A DNA stretch of 64,000 bases, taken from positions 234,852-298,851 of the forward strand of contig WJKM01000011.1 of the NCBI GenBank assembly GCA_014729085.1, given 5' to 3'. The translations under genes were made by a program, and so were the position numbers. The notes below the pieces were generated by a model. That model made no database searches. It was not told the DNA's origin and worked only from the letters and a program-made list of their open reading frames with translations. Below, one piece after another: positions 40,764 through 51,367 of the stretch. The DNA comes from Candidatus Dojkabacteria bacterium. GTDB lineage: Bacteria; Patescibacteriota; Dojkabacteria; B142; WJKM01. Every line of letters starts with the position of its first letter. The first letter of the stretch is position 1.

Positions 40764-40943
40764 CTAATTTGCTTGCGACTTAGCACGTTCTGTTGCTAGG
40801 CATTGTAAACACGTAAAGATACCTTGTTCTTCTCTTATATCTGGCTTTAAGTATATACATTCAGGTAGAACACCCTGGTCAGATCTCTGTACTTCTTATA
40901 AAGGTATACCACAGGGTGGCTGGATTGTTATTAGTTTTTCCAT
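40764..40943 (-). pseudogene. Small Cys-containing orphan with an internal TAA
   Basis: MEKLITIQPPCGIPL*EVQRSDQGVLPECIYLKPDIREEQGIFTCLQCLATERAKSQAN; TGATATAAT on the minus strand 40974-40982. Confidence 0.6.
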
Positions 40944-41101
40944 AGTGAGAGTGAGTTAGAATAATATATTTGGATTATATCATTTAACTGGATTTGGTGT
41001 ATAGTATTGGGCTAAATCGATAGTAATGGCTTTGTGTATTGAAAATAAGTAAGTTTTTTCATATAATCCAATATACCTATATTAATTATTATTAAATTTA
41101 A

Positions 41102-41389
41102 ATGGAAGACAAAGATCCTGCAATAACCATTGTGTCTGCTACCCCAAAACCAGATGGAGTTAGAGTAGATGTGGGTGGTAATTGCCCAGAGTGTGTAGAA
41201 AATGTTGCTGGTATGCTACAACAAGCAGCACAAGAAATAGGAGCAGAGGTTCTACCACAAGTAAATCCTTCTCAACCTAATTTTACAACTGGAGGCTGGG
41301 AAGGGAATCCGATCTGGGATGAGATGAGAGAACAAGGAGAGACTAGAAGAAGAGTTGTAGGAGTTTCACCTATTGTCGGAACGGATTAA
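41102..41389 (+). CDS. Orphan protein with CPEC motif
   Basis: 95 aa; TTGAAA-N17-TATAAT at 41039-41067. Confidence 0.72.
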   Translation: MEDKDPAITIVSATPKPDGVRVDVGGNCPECVENVAGMLQQAAQEIGAEVLPQVNPSQPNFTTGGWEGNPIWDEMREQGETRRRVVGVSPIVGTD

Positions 41390-41406
41390 ATAATTCTGTA
41401 ATGTAG

Positions 41407-41436
41407 AAAAGAGAAGATGATTTGTCTTCTCTTTTT
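41407..41436. terminator. Bidirectional terminator hairpin
   Basis: AAAAGAGAAGA-N7-TCTTCTCTTTTT between convergent ORFs. Confidence 0.7.
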
Positions 41437-41441
41437 ATGTT

Positions 41442-41807
41442 TTAAGCTTGTCCGGTTAAAATTTCTATCGTGGTTGCTTCTGGTAATGGCGGCATATTAC
41501 AAAAAGCTGGATCAACTACATTTTTTTGATACCAGACTGAATTTAATAGTAAGTCTGGTTCTCCGTGTACAATTGAAAATAAGTGTCCTCCTTGCTCTGT
41601 CTTCTGCCATCCTGTACAAAGTCCTTTTTGCAAAACCGGGCAACCATCCCTACGATCACAGCATCTGGCAATTTCTGGAGGAAGGGGAAGCCTTGTCCCG
41701 CCTTGGTTTATGAGATGTATTTCTCCTAAGCCTGGTTGTAGGTATACAGCACCTTGAATTTCGTTACCAAAGTGAAGAGAGCCTGCTCCTATAAGATTTG
41801 CTTCCAT
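41442..41807 (-). CDS. Cys-rich orphan protein
   Basis: CCDRRDGCPVLQKGLC; TGGTATAAT on the minus strand 41836-41844. Confidence 0.7.
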   Translation of the reverse strand: MEANLIGAGSLHFGNEIQGAVYLQPGLGEIHLINQGGTRLPLPPEIARCCDRRDGCPVLQKGLCTGWQKTEQGGHLFSIVHGEPDLLLNSVWYQKNVVDPAFCNMPPLPEATTIEILTGQA

Positions 41808-41938
41808 ACATTTAAGATAATGAATAACAATATGGATTATACCAAATGCGAGGAAGATTTTTCTTTCCTATGTGTTTGACACGCTAGCTTACTTTAAAAT
41901 AAACTCAAAATAAATATCTAAAATAATATCTGTATATC

Positions 41939-42151
41939 ATGAACAAAAATCAGGAAGTGGCAAGACAAGATTCGTGTAATAAGGAAATTTACAAACTCAG
42001 AGTTAAGATAGGGGGAGATGAGTTTGATTTTGAATGTCCCGATAAGCATACTTTAGTGCATGAGGGGATTGAACTTCTAGGTAATACCTTCGGGAGGTAC
42101 AAACCTCAGGATATAAGGGCAAGAATTAAGAAGAGTAGGGAGGAAGAATAA
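41939..42151 (+). CDS. Small hypothetical protein
   Basis: 70 aa; TTGACA at 41876-41881 upstream. Confidence 0.55.
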   Translation: MNKNQEVARQDSCNKEIYKLRVKIGGDEFDFECPDKHTLVHEGIELLGNTFGRYKPQDIRARIKKSREEE

Positions 42152-42290
42152 AAATTCGGAGGATTTACTTAATTCCTGGATGTAACTATGTTCAAGTATT
42201 GTCTAACTTTTAGAGATTTAAGTCAAAATGATTACTCGGACTAGTTCTCCAAGAGGTAGTCATTAGATTTTTAACAGAAAAAATCCAAGC

Positions 42291-43121
42291 TTATTGTTTT
42301 TGTAAATCGGCACGCCCTCCTTTTCTTAATTTCATTTTTTGAGCTTTTTTCCATACAAAATTAAAGAGCTGCTTCTGCATACGGGCTAAATTTTCATTAT
42401 GCAGTTCAACTCCGAATGCCTCATCTATATATGTATAGATTGCAACCACGTTGTTATAAATAAGTAGTTCAAAGTCCATTTTCAGATCATCAGGGTCTAT
42501 GTATCTAAGTTTATGATGTTTATCTATGTATGCCTGGATATTTGTGTAGGGATCAAAGTGCTGTATGTTAGTAAGTTGACGTGTAACAATACCCCTTTTA
42601 ACAATTTCCAGCCTCATCTTTTCTGCAAATTCTTCACCCGTAAAAGGATGCATACCTTCGGAAATCTCGAAAATGCAGATTTCATCTTTTGCTTCAAGTG
42701 AGTTCCAGGTTATTTGCTTTAGTCCTTCTGGACCTTCGTAATAAAAAGTTTTAGATGATTTTGAGGAGCCTAATTTTATCTCTTCCAGTTTTTTCAGGAG
42801 TTCTTGCTTACTGGTTTTAAGTTCAGCTAGTTCATTCTCCTTTTCAATTAAGATAAGGTCTAGATTTTTCAAGGATTCAATTTGAAATTTTTTACCTCTT
42901 GAGGCTAAAACTTCCTTGACAAGTCCTTTTCCAATTAGGTTTTTTAACAGTCTATATACTTTAGTCCTTCCAATTCTGGTTTTCCTGCTTATTTGCAAAG
43001 CAGACTGAAGATCGTTTTGGATAAGAAACAGATATACAGAAATTTCGTCTCTGTTTAGTCCAAACTTAAGAAGTTTTTGTTTTATTTGATTAAAGGATCT
43101 GTCTGTTTGATCGGACAACAC
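42291..43121 (-). CDS. TrmB family transcriptional regulator
   Basis: FGLNRDEISVYLFL...RTKVYRLLKNLIGKGLV wHTH; YEGPEGLK; IYNNVVAI...LFNFVW. Confidence 0.88.
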   Translation of the reverse strand: MLSDQTDRSFNQIKQKLLKFGLNRDEISVYLFLIQNDLQSALQISRKTRIGRTKVYRLLKNLIGKGLVKEVLASRGKKFQIESLKNLDLILIEKENELAELKTSKQELLKKLEEIKLGSSKSSKTFYYEGPEGLKQITWNSLEAKDEICIFEISEGMHPFTGEEFAEKMRLEIVKRGIVTRQLTNIQHFDPYTNIQAYIDKHHKLRYIDPDDLKMDFELLIYNNVVAIYTYIDEAFGVELHNENLARMQKQLFNFVWKKAQKMKLRKGGRADLQKQ

Positions 43122-43188
43122 TTTTGGGATTGCTTTGTTTATAAACTAAAATATGTTTAGAATAGTATAACATTTTAAATTTCTGACT

Positions 43189-43755
43189 ATGTTTAATTTA
43201 ATGTTGCTTACAATCAGTACGTGCTTGGCATTGATTTCTCCTATAATCTATTCAATCGAAATTATTCGAGGAAATGCCCGGCCACATAGAACAACTAGAC
43301 TAGTTCTACTCATTATTACAAGTCTTTCTACAGTTTCTCTTCTTGCGCAGGGAAATAAGACTGCTGTATGGCTTGCATTTGCATCTATGCTTCAATCTAC
43401 AGTTATTTTTCTGTTAAGTTTGAAATATGGAATGGGGGGCAAGTCAGGTTTTGATATTCTGTGTTTGTTAATTGCCTTTCTTGGAATTATTTTATGGCAG
43501 GTAACTCGAAATCCTATATTCGGTTTAGTTTTTTCTGTATTTGCAGATTTTATAGGTATGGTTCCAGCTATCCTAAAAACATATAGACAACCTGAAACCG
43601 AGGTTTGGTTATTCTTTGCCTTGGATACAATAGCTGCCTTATTGAATCTGTTGGTTGTAAGTAATTACACATTTAGTGAAGTTCTTTTTCCTGTATACAT
43701 TTTTGTTATTAATCTGGTTATGGTATTTCTGGCTTTAAGAAAACAAGAGATCTGA
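43189..43755 (+). CDS. Multi-pass membrane protein (PQ-loop-like)
   Basis: About seven hydrophobic helices; IIRGNARPH and PAILKTYRQPETE loops. Confidence 0.7.
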   Translation: MFNLMLLTISTCLALISPIIYSIEIIRGNARPHRTTRLVLLIITSLSTVSLLAQGNKTAVWLAFASMLQSTVIFLLSLKYGMGGKSGFDILCLLIAFLGIILWQVTRNPIFGLVFSVFADFIGMVPAILKTYRQPETEVWLFFALDTIAALLNLLVVSNYTFSEVLFPVYIFVINLVMVFLALRKQEI

Positions 43756-43829
43756 AATAGATCAAATACTAGACATATATGTTAAAGTAATCTAAAATTT
43801 TCTATAAATAATTTTGGTTACGGAAAGAT

Positions 43830-44429
43830 ATGTTTAATAAAATAAAGCAGGCACTTGTCATTATTTTTATCGTTTTGATAGTACTTGTAAGTACGAGAGT
43901 TCTAATTCTTTACCTTCCGATGGATCATACAACGGGCATTATTAAAACTTGGTTGGATTTTACTTCGTTGTTTATTAAGCCCTGGGAAGGTATTTATCCT
44001 GATATCGAAAAAGGAAAGTCGATACTTGAAATCTCTTCCTTAGTCGCCATTCTGTTTTATGCCACTACGGGCTTTATTTTCCAAAGATCACTAAGGGTCG
44101 TTAAATACAAAAAATTTCAGAAAGTATTTGCCTCGATTGTAGACACTCTCTTTAAACTAGTTGAATTAGAATTTGCTACAAGATTTTTGTTAAAACTTTC
44201 TAGTGCATCACACAATAGTATTTTTGTAAGGATTATCTATACACTCTCGAATTTTATTCACAGACCTTCAAGCGAGTTTTTGGGAGATCTCAAGTTTGAA
44301 GATTTTGGGGGCGTAATAGAGTTGAGTACTTTAATATTACTTATTATTGTGTTCATCCTTGATGTTATTGCACAGAGATCCATCCGAATTCTTTTTGGCG
44401 AAGTTGAAAAAAACAAGCCAGATGAATAG
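43830..44429 (+). CDS. YggT-like membrane protein with internal duplication
   Basis: Two repeats ending ILEISSLVAILFY and VIELSTLILLII. Confidence 0.6.
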   Translation: MFNKIKQALVIIFIVLIVLVSTRVLILYLPMDHTTGIIKTWLDFTSLFIKPWEGIYPDIEKGKSILEISSLVAILFYATTGFIFQRSLRVVKYKKFQKVFASIVDTLFKLVELEFATRFLLKLSSASHNSIFVRIIYTLSNFIHRPSSEFLGDLKFEDFGGVIELSTLILLIIVFILDVIAQRSIRILFGEVEKNKPDE

Positions 44430-44687
44430 ACTTCAATCTAGATATTATGAAGATAAAATGTCAAATATAAGTGATGAGAAATAACAAAAGAGAGAGTTAG
44501 GCGACACGAGTAGGGGATATCAATTTTTGAAACATACCGATTGAAAAAGTTTGAAAAGAGTCCGCTAGACTCCAACCGAAATGACTGTTAGGATGTATAT
44601 AATTTATTTATTGTATTTCTGAAAGATTTTTCGTAGAAAGAAGTGGAGGATAGTATATCAAATATTAAACAATTCTTTTGATTATAT

Positions 44688-45782
44688 TTAATCACTTTCT
44701 TCAAATACTGCTATTCCTTGAAGTTCCTGCGATATTTGTTCATAAATTGTGCGTGAAACAGGTCTGACTTGTACTTCATATTGGCCGGCTCTAAAAGCTC
44801 TGAGGGTTGGGGTGCCATATGCAGCAAATTGATTAGCAATATATTCGTCATAAGAATTCCCTTGTATTGCCTCTTCAACAATTAAACGAAATGAGTTTGG
44901 TACTCGTTCATTTTCAATGAATAGCCGTCCAGATTCATTATCGGTTAGTTCGTATTGGTTTTCAATATCCCCGTAAAGATTTTCGTGTACAGGTGGTTGA
45001 GCGAATTCGGTTGCAAAGAGACTCGCAAACTCACTTGAGTCTGCCTGGAAATCAGGGTTTACCCTTACATAGCTTGGGATTTCACCGTTGGGATTGTCGA
45101 AGACAGTTGCAGCTTGGGCACTCATCCAAGGACCAAGTGGATTTAAGTAAATTCTGTATGGAACAGCCTCGCCATCGACGATTTCTCCTTCGTCATATAG
45201 AATATAGTCGTCGGCATGCATTAAGTATAAGGTTTGGTCACCGTGATCTATCGTAATATTTGGGTTTCCTGAGTCATCCTGATAAAAAATTTCAAAGGAT
45301 CTATCAATGGCTGTTACAAAGTCATCTGTTAATCTGTATCCTTCAAAACCGGTGACTATCTCTATTGGATCGCCATCTAAATCAAAGTTTTGGACTGAAT
45401 GTCTACAGTTTTCATCCCACAGTTCGGTTACTTGATTTGCATAGTCCCATATTGCCAGGTCCCATCGTTCTTCGTCAGTTGCATCCCAGCCATCACCTTC
45501 GGGATCAATTTGATCTAGAGTATCCAAAAGAATATGCTCCGGTAGCTGGTCACGGTATGCACAACCATGATCTATTGCGTCTAGGCTTTCTGTTGGGATC
45601 GGTGTTGGGGGTAGAGTTGGAGTAGATTCTGGTAATGGGTTTGAAGTAGGCATAGGTGTATCAGTTGGTGTCATTGTCTCTGTTGCTTCTTGTGTATCTA
45701 GATCACAACCGCTAGAGGCTATCACTAAACCACACAAGATCGAAGGTACTATCAACTTTTTTAAATTAATTTCTTGTTCCAT
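44688..45782 (-). CDS. Acidic predicted lipoprotein with Thr/Pro linker
   Basis: KK-hydrophobic-IASSGC lipobox, TPTDTP...PTPIPT linker; TGATATAAT on the minus strand 45817-45825. Confidence 0.78.
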   Translation of the reverse strand: MEQEINLKKLIVPSILCGLVIASSGCDLDTQEATETMTPTDTPMPTSNPLPESTPTLPPTPIPTESLDAIDHGCAYRDQLPEHILLDTLDQIDPEGDGWDATDEERWDLAIWDYANQVTELWDENCRHSVQNFDLDGDPIEIVTGFEGYRLTDDFVTAIDRSFEIFYQDDSGNPNITIDHGDQTLYLMHADDYILYDEGEIVDGEAVPYRIYLNPLGPWMSAQAATVFDNPNGEIPSYVRVNPDFQADSSEFASLFATEFAQPPVHENLYGDIENQYELTDNESGRLFIENERVPNSFRLIVEEAIQGNSYDEYIANQFAAYGTPTLRAFRAGQYEVQVRPVSRTIYEQISQELQGIAVFEESD

Positions 45783-46010
45783 AATGTGTTATTTTAGAAG
45801 TTTTCATTATTGAGTGATTATATCAAAATTTTGAGGTATTTTGTATATTTCAATTCTCTTTACCCCCTGTAATTTAATGGAAGAGATCTGATTTAAACTC
45901 AAATATTATTAGTGTGTTCTTACAGAGTATAATAGCAGCTGTGCAATTCTTGCAAAACAAGATCGCTAGATTTCAAAATTTAACATCGGAAAGTATAGGG
46001 AAGTATCAGA

Positions 46011-46042
46011 TGTAGGAGCAGGTTTTGAAACCTGCTCCTGCA
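46011..46042. repeat. GTAG-type REP-like palindrome
   Basis: TGTAGGAGCAGGTTT-TG-AAACCTGCTCCTGCA. Confidence 0.65.
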
Positions 46043-46097
46043 TTCTAGCCAACAATCCTTGGGAGATCTAGAATACTTTTGTTGTATCTAATAACAT

Positions 46098-46889
46098 TTA
46101 CTCATTTAGTATTTTTTCAATATATTTTCTATGTTTATCTCTTGTATTATGGACTCTAATCTCAGAATACTCCTTAATTATAAATCTTATAAAGATCTTA
46201 ATGATTTTTTGTTTCCCAGGATCGCGATCCTTAGTTCCTATATTCTTATATTCATTCATAATTTTGAGAATTTCTTTTATTCGAGATTCATCTCTACAAA
46301 AGATATGTTTCCCCTTTTCGTTATATAGTGGGTTATTAAAATCATTCCAAGTGTATTTGACACATTTGTTCCATTCGCAATCCCCTATGTAATAACTAAG
46401 AATCTTAATAAGTTGATCAAGCTCATTATTTTTTTCGAGTTTAAAATATTGTATGTATCTGATCAGTATCCTAAACTTAAGCTCCAATAGAAAGTATGCA
46501 CGATCAAGTTTTTTTTCAAGGAAATATTTATGGAGATAGATATATTCATAAATAAGAAACAATTCATCAATAAGTCTATTGCTCTTGAATAGTGTTGCAT
46601 TAGAACGAAAGCTTTCGTATTGCTCTGTAAAGAAGGTAGTTTCCTGGAAATCCTTATTTAGAGTAGATATTGCATTTATATACAATTCAGCAGCAAGATT
46701 ATCGATTATATTTTTTTTCTTATCTGTTTTTTTAATATATCTTTGAAGATATGGAATTAGTATTGCTACTACAATAGAACAAAGGGTGAGGCAAGCCATA
46801 ACAAGTTGGATAGAAGCCTCAATGGAAGAAGCAAAAGATTTTAATAGAAGGGGATTCAAATTCAGATTAATAACAATTGGTTGAATCAT
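46098..46889 (-). CDS. Very AT-rich hypothetical protein with N-terminal TM helix
   Basis: 263-aa ORF; hydrophobic LVMACLTLCSIVVAILIP. Confidence 0.65.
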   Translation of the reverse strand: MIQPIVINLNLNPLLLKSFASSIEASIQLVMACLTLCSIVVAILIPYLQRYIKKTDKKKNIIDNLAAELYINAISTLNKDFQETTFFTEQYESFRSNATLFKSNRLIDELFLIYEYIYLHKYFLEKKLDRAYFLLELKFRILIRYIQYFKLEKNNELDQLIKILSYYIGDCEWNKCVKYTWNDFNNPLYNEKGKHIFCRDESRIKEILKIMNEYKNIGTKDRDPGKQKIIKIFIRFIIKEYSEIRVHNTRDKHRKYIEKILNE

Positions 46890-46994
46890 TGAGATTATAG
46901 ATAAGATCTTGACGTATTAAGAAAGAAATCTGAGATTGACAGCATTATCCCGGATAATAGTTCGTATACTCACTATTTCCGGGATAAATTCAAC

Positions 46995-47032
46995 AAAAAA
47001 AGAAGCCAAGAGCCAGAGGCTCTTGGCTTCTT
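46995..47032 (-). terminator. groEL intrinsic terminator
   Basis: AAGAAGCCAAGAGCC-AGA-GGCTCTTGGCTTCTT with A run on the left (U tract on the minus strand). Confidence 0.85.
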
Positions 47033-47041
47033 AAGTTTCAT

Positions 47042-48724
<1,683 letters not shown>

Positions 48725-48757
48725 TCAGAATTGTGCTTTAAACACAATTAAAGCAGA

Positions 48758-49057
48758 TTAACTAATGACTGCTAGAATTGCATCTTCATCCATGATTAAA
48801 TATTCTTTATCATCAATTTCAATTTCATCAGGAGAATATTTTTTGAAAATAACTTTATCTCCAACTTTAACATTGAATGAGATTTTTTTGCCGTCTTCAC
48901 CGATTCGCCCAGTTCCGAGGGCCACGACTTTACCTTTTTGAGGTTTTTCTTTGTCTACTGTATCAGGAAGAACAATACCTGCAGAAGTAGTTTTTTCTTC
49001 TGTTACAGGTTCTACTAGGATATTTCCACCAATTGGTTTGATCTTAGGTTTTGCCAT
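48758..49057 (-). CDS. groS: Co-chaperonin GroES
   Basis: AGIVLPD..KEKPQKGKVVALGTG, VKVGDKV. Confidence 0.98.
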   Translation of the reverse strand: MAKPKIKPIGGNILVEPVTEEKTTSAGIVLPDTVDKEKPQKGKVVALGTGRIGEDGKKISFNVKVGDKVIFKKYSPDEIEIDDKEYLIMDEDAILAVIS

Positions 49058-49170
49058 ATGTAGAGGAATATAAGATATAAAGTAATAATATGTCTCTGTG
49101 GAAAATAACTACATACTGTTATTATCCAAAATAGGACATTTTTAATTTGTAAAAATGAAAAAAGTACTGT

Positions 49171-49228
49171 TTAGCACTTTTAAGCAGAGACTGATAAAAT
49201 CATACCAATTGAACTTGAGTATTGTCAA
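49171..49228 (-). promoter_or_regulatory. groESL promoter with CIRCE (HrcA) operator
   Basis: TTGACA (49223-49228)-N18-TATGAT (49199-49204); TTAGCACTT-N9-GACTGATAA at 49171-49197, 3 mismatches to CIRCE. Confidence 0.8.
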
Positions 49229-49436
49229 CACTGTTTACCAATTTACTTGTAAAATCTAAATTTAATATTATATAGTTTAAAAATTTTGAACAGGCGGACT
49301 CCTAAGGTATAACTAAAGATATATTATCACTCCGCTGTCATTTCTGAACTTAATCAGTAATTTTGCGTACAAAAATATTGGGAGGAAAAATTTTTATATA
49401 AAATTAGGTGAAAGGAGTAGAGAACAAAAAGTATAG

Positions 49437-51356
49437 TTAATCCTCAATATTTATTTCAATCTTGCTATCTTTTTCTGGAACTTTTTTCATAAACTTTGGT
49501 AGGAAAAAAGGAGAAAATTGAATTTCATAGTTTTCTACCTTTTCATTAGAAGAAAGGGTAGTTCGTGCTTGGTCCAGATTTTTTCCTTTAATTGAGTTAA
49601 AAATTGAATTTGAATCTAAATCTACTTTGACATCGGTAGACTTTTTTAAATCAAAGGTTACAGAACCATTTTCGTGTAGTTGAACATTTTCTATACTTGC
49701 GGCGACATCAGAGTGGATATTCTCATCCTCTTCGATTCCAAGCTGCGATGTGATCAAGAGGTCGGCAAACTGGTCTAGATCCTTTTGGTCTACTATTAGT
49801 ACAGATATTTCTAGTTCATAATTAACAACGTCGAAACTTTCAGCTTCAGTTCCGACTTCTGGGTTTACGGTAAATGCAATTTCATTGAAGTTCTCGCTAC
49901 CGGGAATCAAAACATCATCTCCCGAAAGTAGGTTGTTAATATCACTTTTAAGTAGTGTTCTTAAGGTTTCATCCATTGATGCTTTAGCTTTATTTACATC
50001 CTCTTCTGAAACGAAATTTATTTGTTTCGAGCTTCCACCTTCTGTACTTCTGTATATTCGCCCGGATAATTCTTGTATTGTATTATAACCACTGATTTTT
50101 ACATCTGTTGCCGAAATATTGTATTGTTCACCATGGCTTTCTGCGACTATTGGTGCATTTTCGTAAGTACTCGGGGTAAATTCGCTTATCCTTGGGGGAA
50201 TAGTAACTGTATCATCAAGCTTGAAATTCAAATTGGAATTTATTGTAGTTATTATGTGTCCCTGTTGCAGGGTAATTTCATTTTCTGTTTTATTGTAAAA
50301 ATCCACAACGCCCCTAGCTCTTTCTCCGGTTTCCTTGGTTTGAGTAGTTGTAAATGTGTCAGAAGTTGATCTGCTTTTAGTAAGTTTACGTAAAGGGATT
50401 TGTTTTTGGTCCAGGTTTACTTCGGATATATCTTCAGAGGCTGAAATAGTCTCGGATACCGATACTGATTCTGTTCTTGGTGTAACCGATACATTAGCTT
50501 TGGTAAGGGTTTTCAAAAGAAAGAATAAAATAACAAGGCCTAAGATACCAATTATGATTGGTTTAATTAGCCCTCCAGTAGTTATTTTTTTTATAAATGA
50601 TCTTAGAGTTTTACTTATCCCTATCCCTTTTTTTTTAAAAGATTTATGCGGATGTGATTTTGTTTTTCTTAAAGGAAAGTCACTCCTGACTGATCTCATA
50701 TCCTTTCCAATAAACGAGGTATGAGATTTGTCCTTGGATGTCAATTTAGTTCTTCTACGAGGCTTTTTTTTCGGTTTTTGTGATGCAAATTTGGTTTCTT
50801 CTTTTATATCTCCTCCAGCCATGACCTCGAAACCACCAATGCTAACTAGTTTAGGTTTGAGCCTTACAGGTTTTTTGATTAATGCCTGCGTTTCTTTTTC
50901 CTCTGCATCATACTCCTGAGGAACAAGAGTTTTTTCTTTGTCTTGTTCCAGCAACTTTTTTTCGTTAGGTATTTTTGTAGATTCTTGCCGAGCGGAAATT
51001 AGTTTTTCTTTAATTTGTTCTCTTCGGTTCTTAAGCTCCTGGATGAGACTTTCAGCTTCATCCCAGGTGTTTTCATCTATTTCCTCAACTTTCTTTACAG
51101 CCTTTAGATTAGTGAGTTCAGATTTGCTTAGAGCCAATTGATTTTTGGTTACGAGAATAACTAGCTTATTTGAAGCGGCAATTTCTCTTGCAAGCAGCTT
51201 CATATTCGTTAAGCTGCTTGTAAGAATTGCATGCTCTGGAATAGTTAGAATTATTTTTTCTTTTTCCTCTTTTAATACGTTTTCAATGGTGAATACTATC
51301 TCCTCATTGAGGTCGACAAAAACTTTTTTTGCTTTTTCTTGCTTTTTATCTGGCAT
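49437..51356 (-). CDS. Single-pass membrane protein with baseplate-J/gp47-like C-terminal region
   Basis: N-terminal LTIPEHAIL..NMKLL domain, TM helix, ARGVVDFYN, GEQYNI, TEGGSSK, IKGK motifs; downstream of ftsA-like gene. Confidence 0.65.
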   Translation of the reverse strand: MPDKKQEKAKKVFVDLNEEIVFTIENVLKEEKEKIILTIPEHAILTSSLTNMKLLAREIAASNKLVILVTKNQLALSKSELTNLKAVKKVEEIDENTWDEAESLIQELKNRREQIKEKLISARQESTKIPNEKKLLEQDKEKTLVPQEYDAEEKETQALIKKPVRLKPKLVSIGGFEVMAGGDIKEETKFASQKPKKKPRRRTKLTSKDKSHTSFIGKDMRSVRSDFPLRKTKSHPHKSFKKKGIGISKTLRSFIKKITTGGLIKPIIIGILGLVILFFLLKTLTKANVSVTPRTESVSVSETISASEDISEVNLDQKQIPLRKLTKSRSTSDTFTTTQTKETGERARGVVDFYNKTENEITLQQGHIITTINSNLNFKLDDTVTIPPRISEFTPSTYENAPIVAESHGEQYNISATDVKISGYNTIQELSGRIYRSTEGGSSKQINFVSEEDVNKAKASMDETLRTLLKSDINNLLSGDDVLIPGSENFNEIAFTVNPEVGTEAESFDVVNYELEISVLIVDQKDLDQFADLLITSQLGIEEDENIHSDVAASIENVQLHENGSVTFDLKKSTDVKVDLDSNSIFNSIKGKNLDQARTTLSSNEKVENYEIQFSPFFLPKFMKKVPEKDSKIEINIED

Positions 51357-51367
51357 GTTTTAGTTGA

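Noticed and set aside
38571-42290. Integron cassette array or CRISPR
   Set aside because: No recurring attC-like or direct repeat between genes; orientations alternate
49247-49340. Possible small RNA divergent from groES (GCGGA...TCCGC stem after a weak promoter)
   Set aside because: Stem is short, with no recognisable family or terminator; cannot be supported
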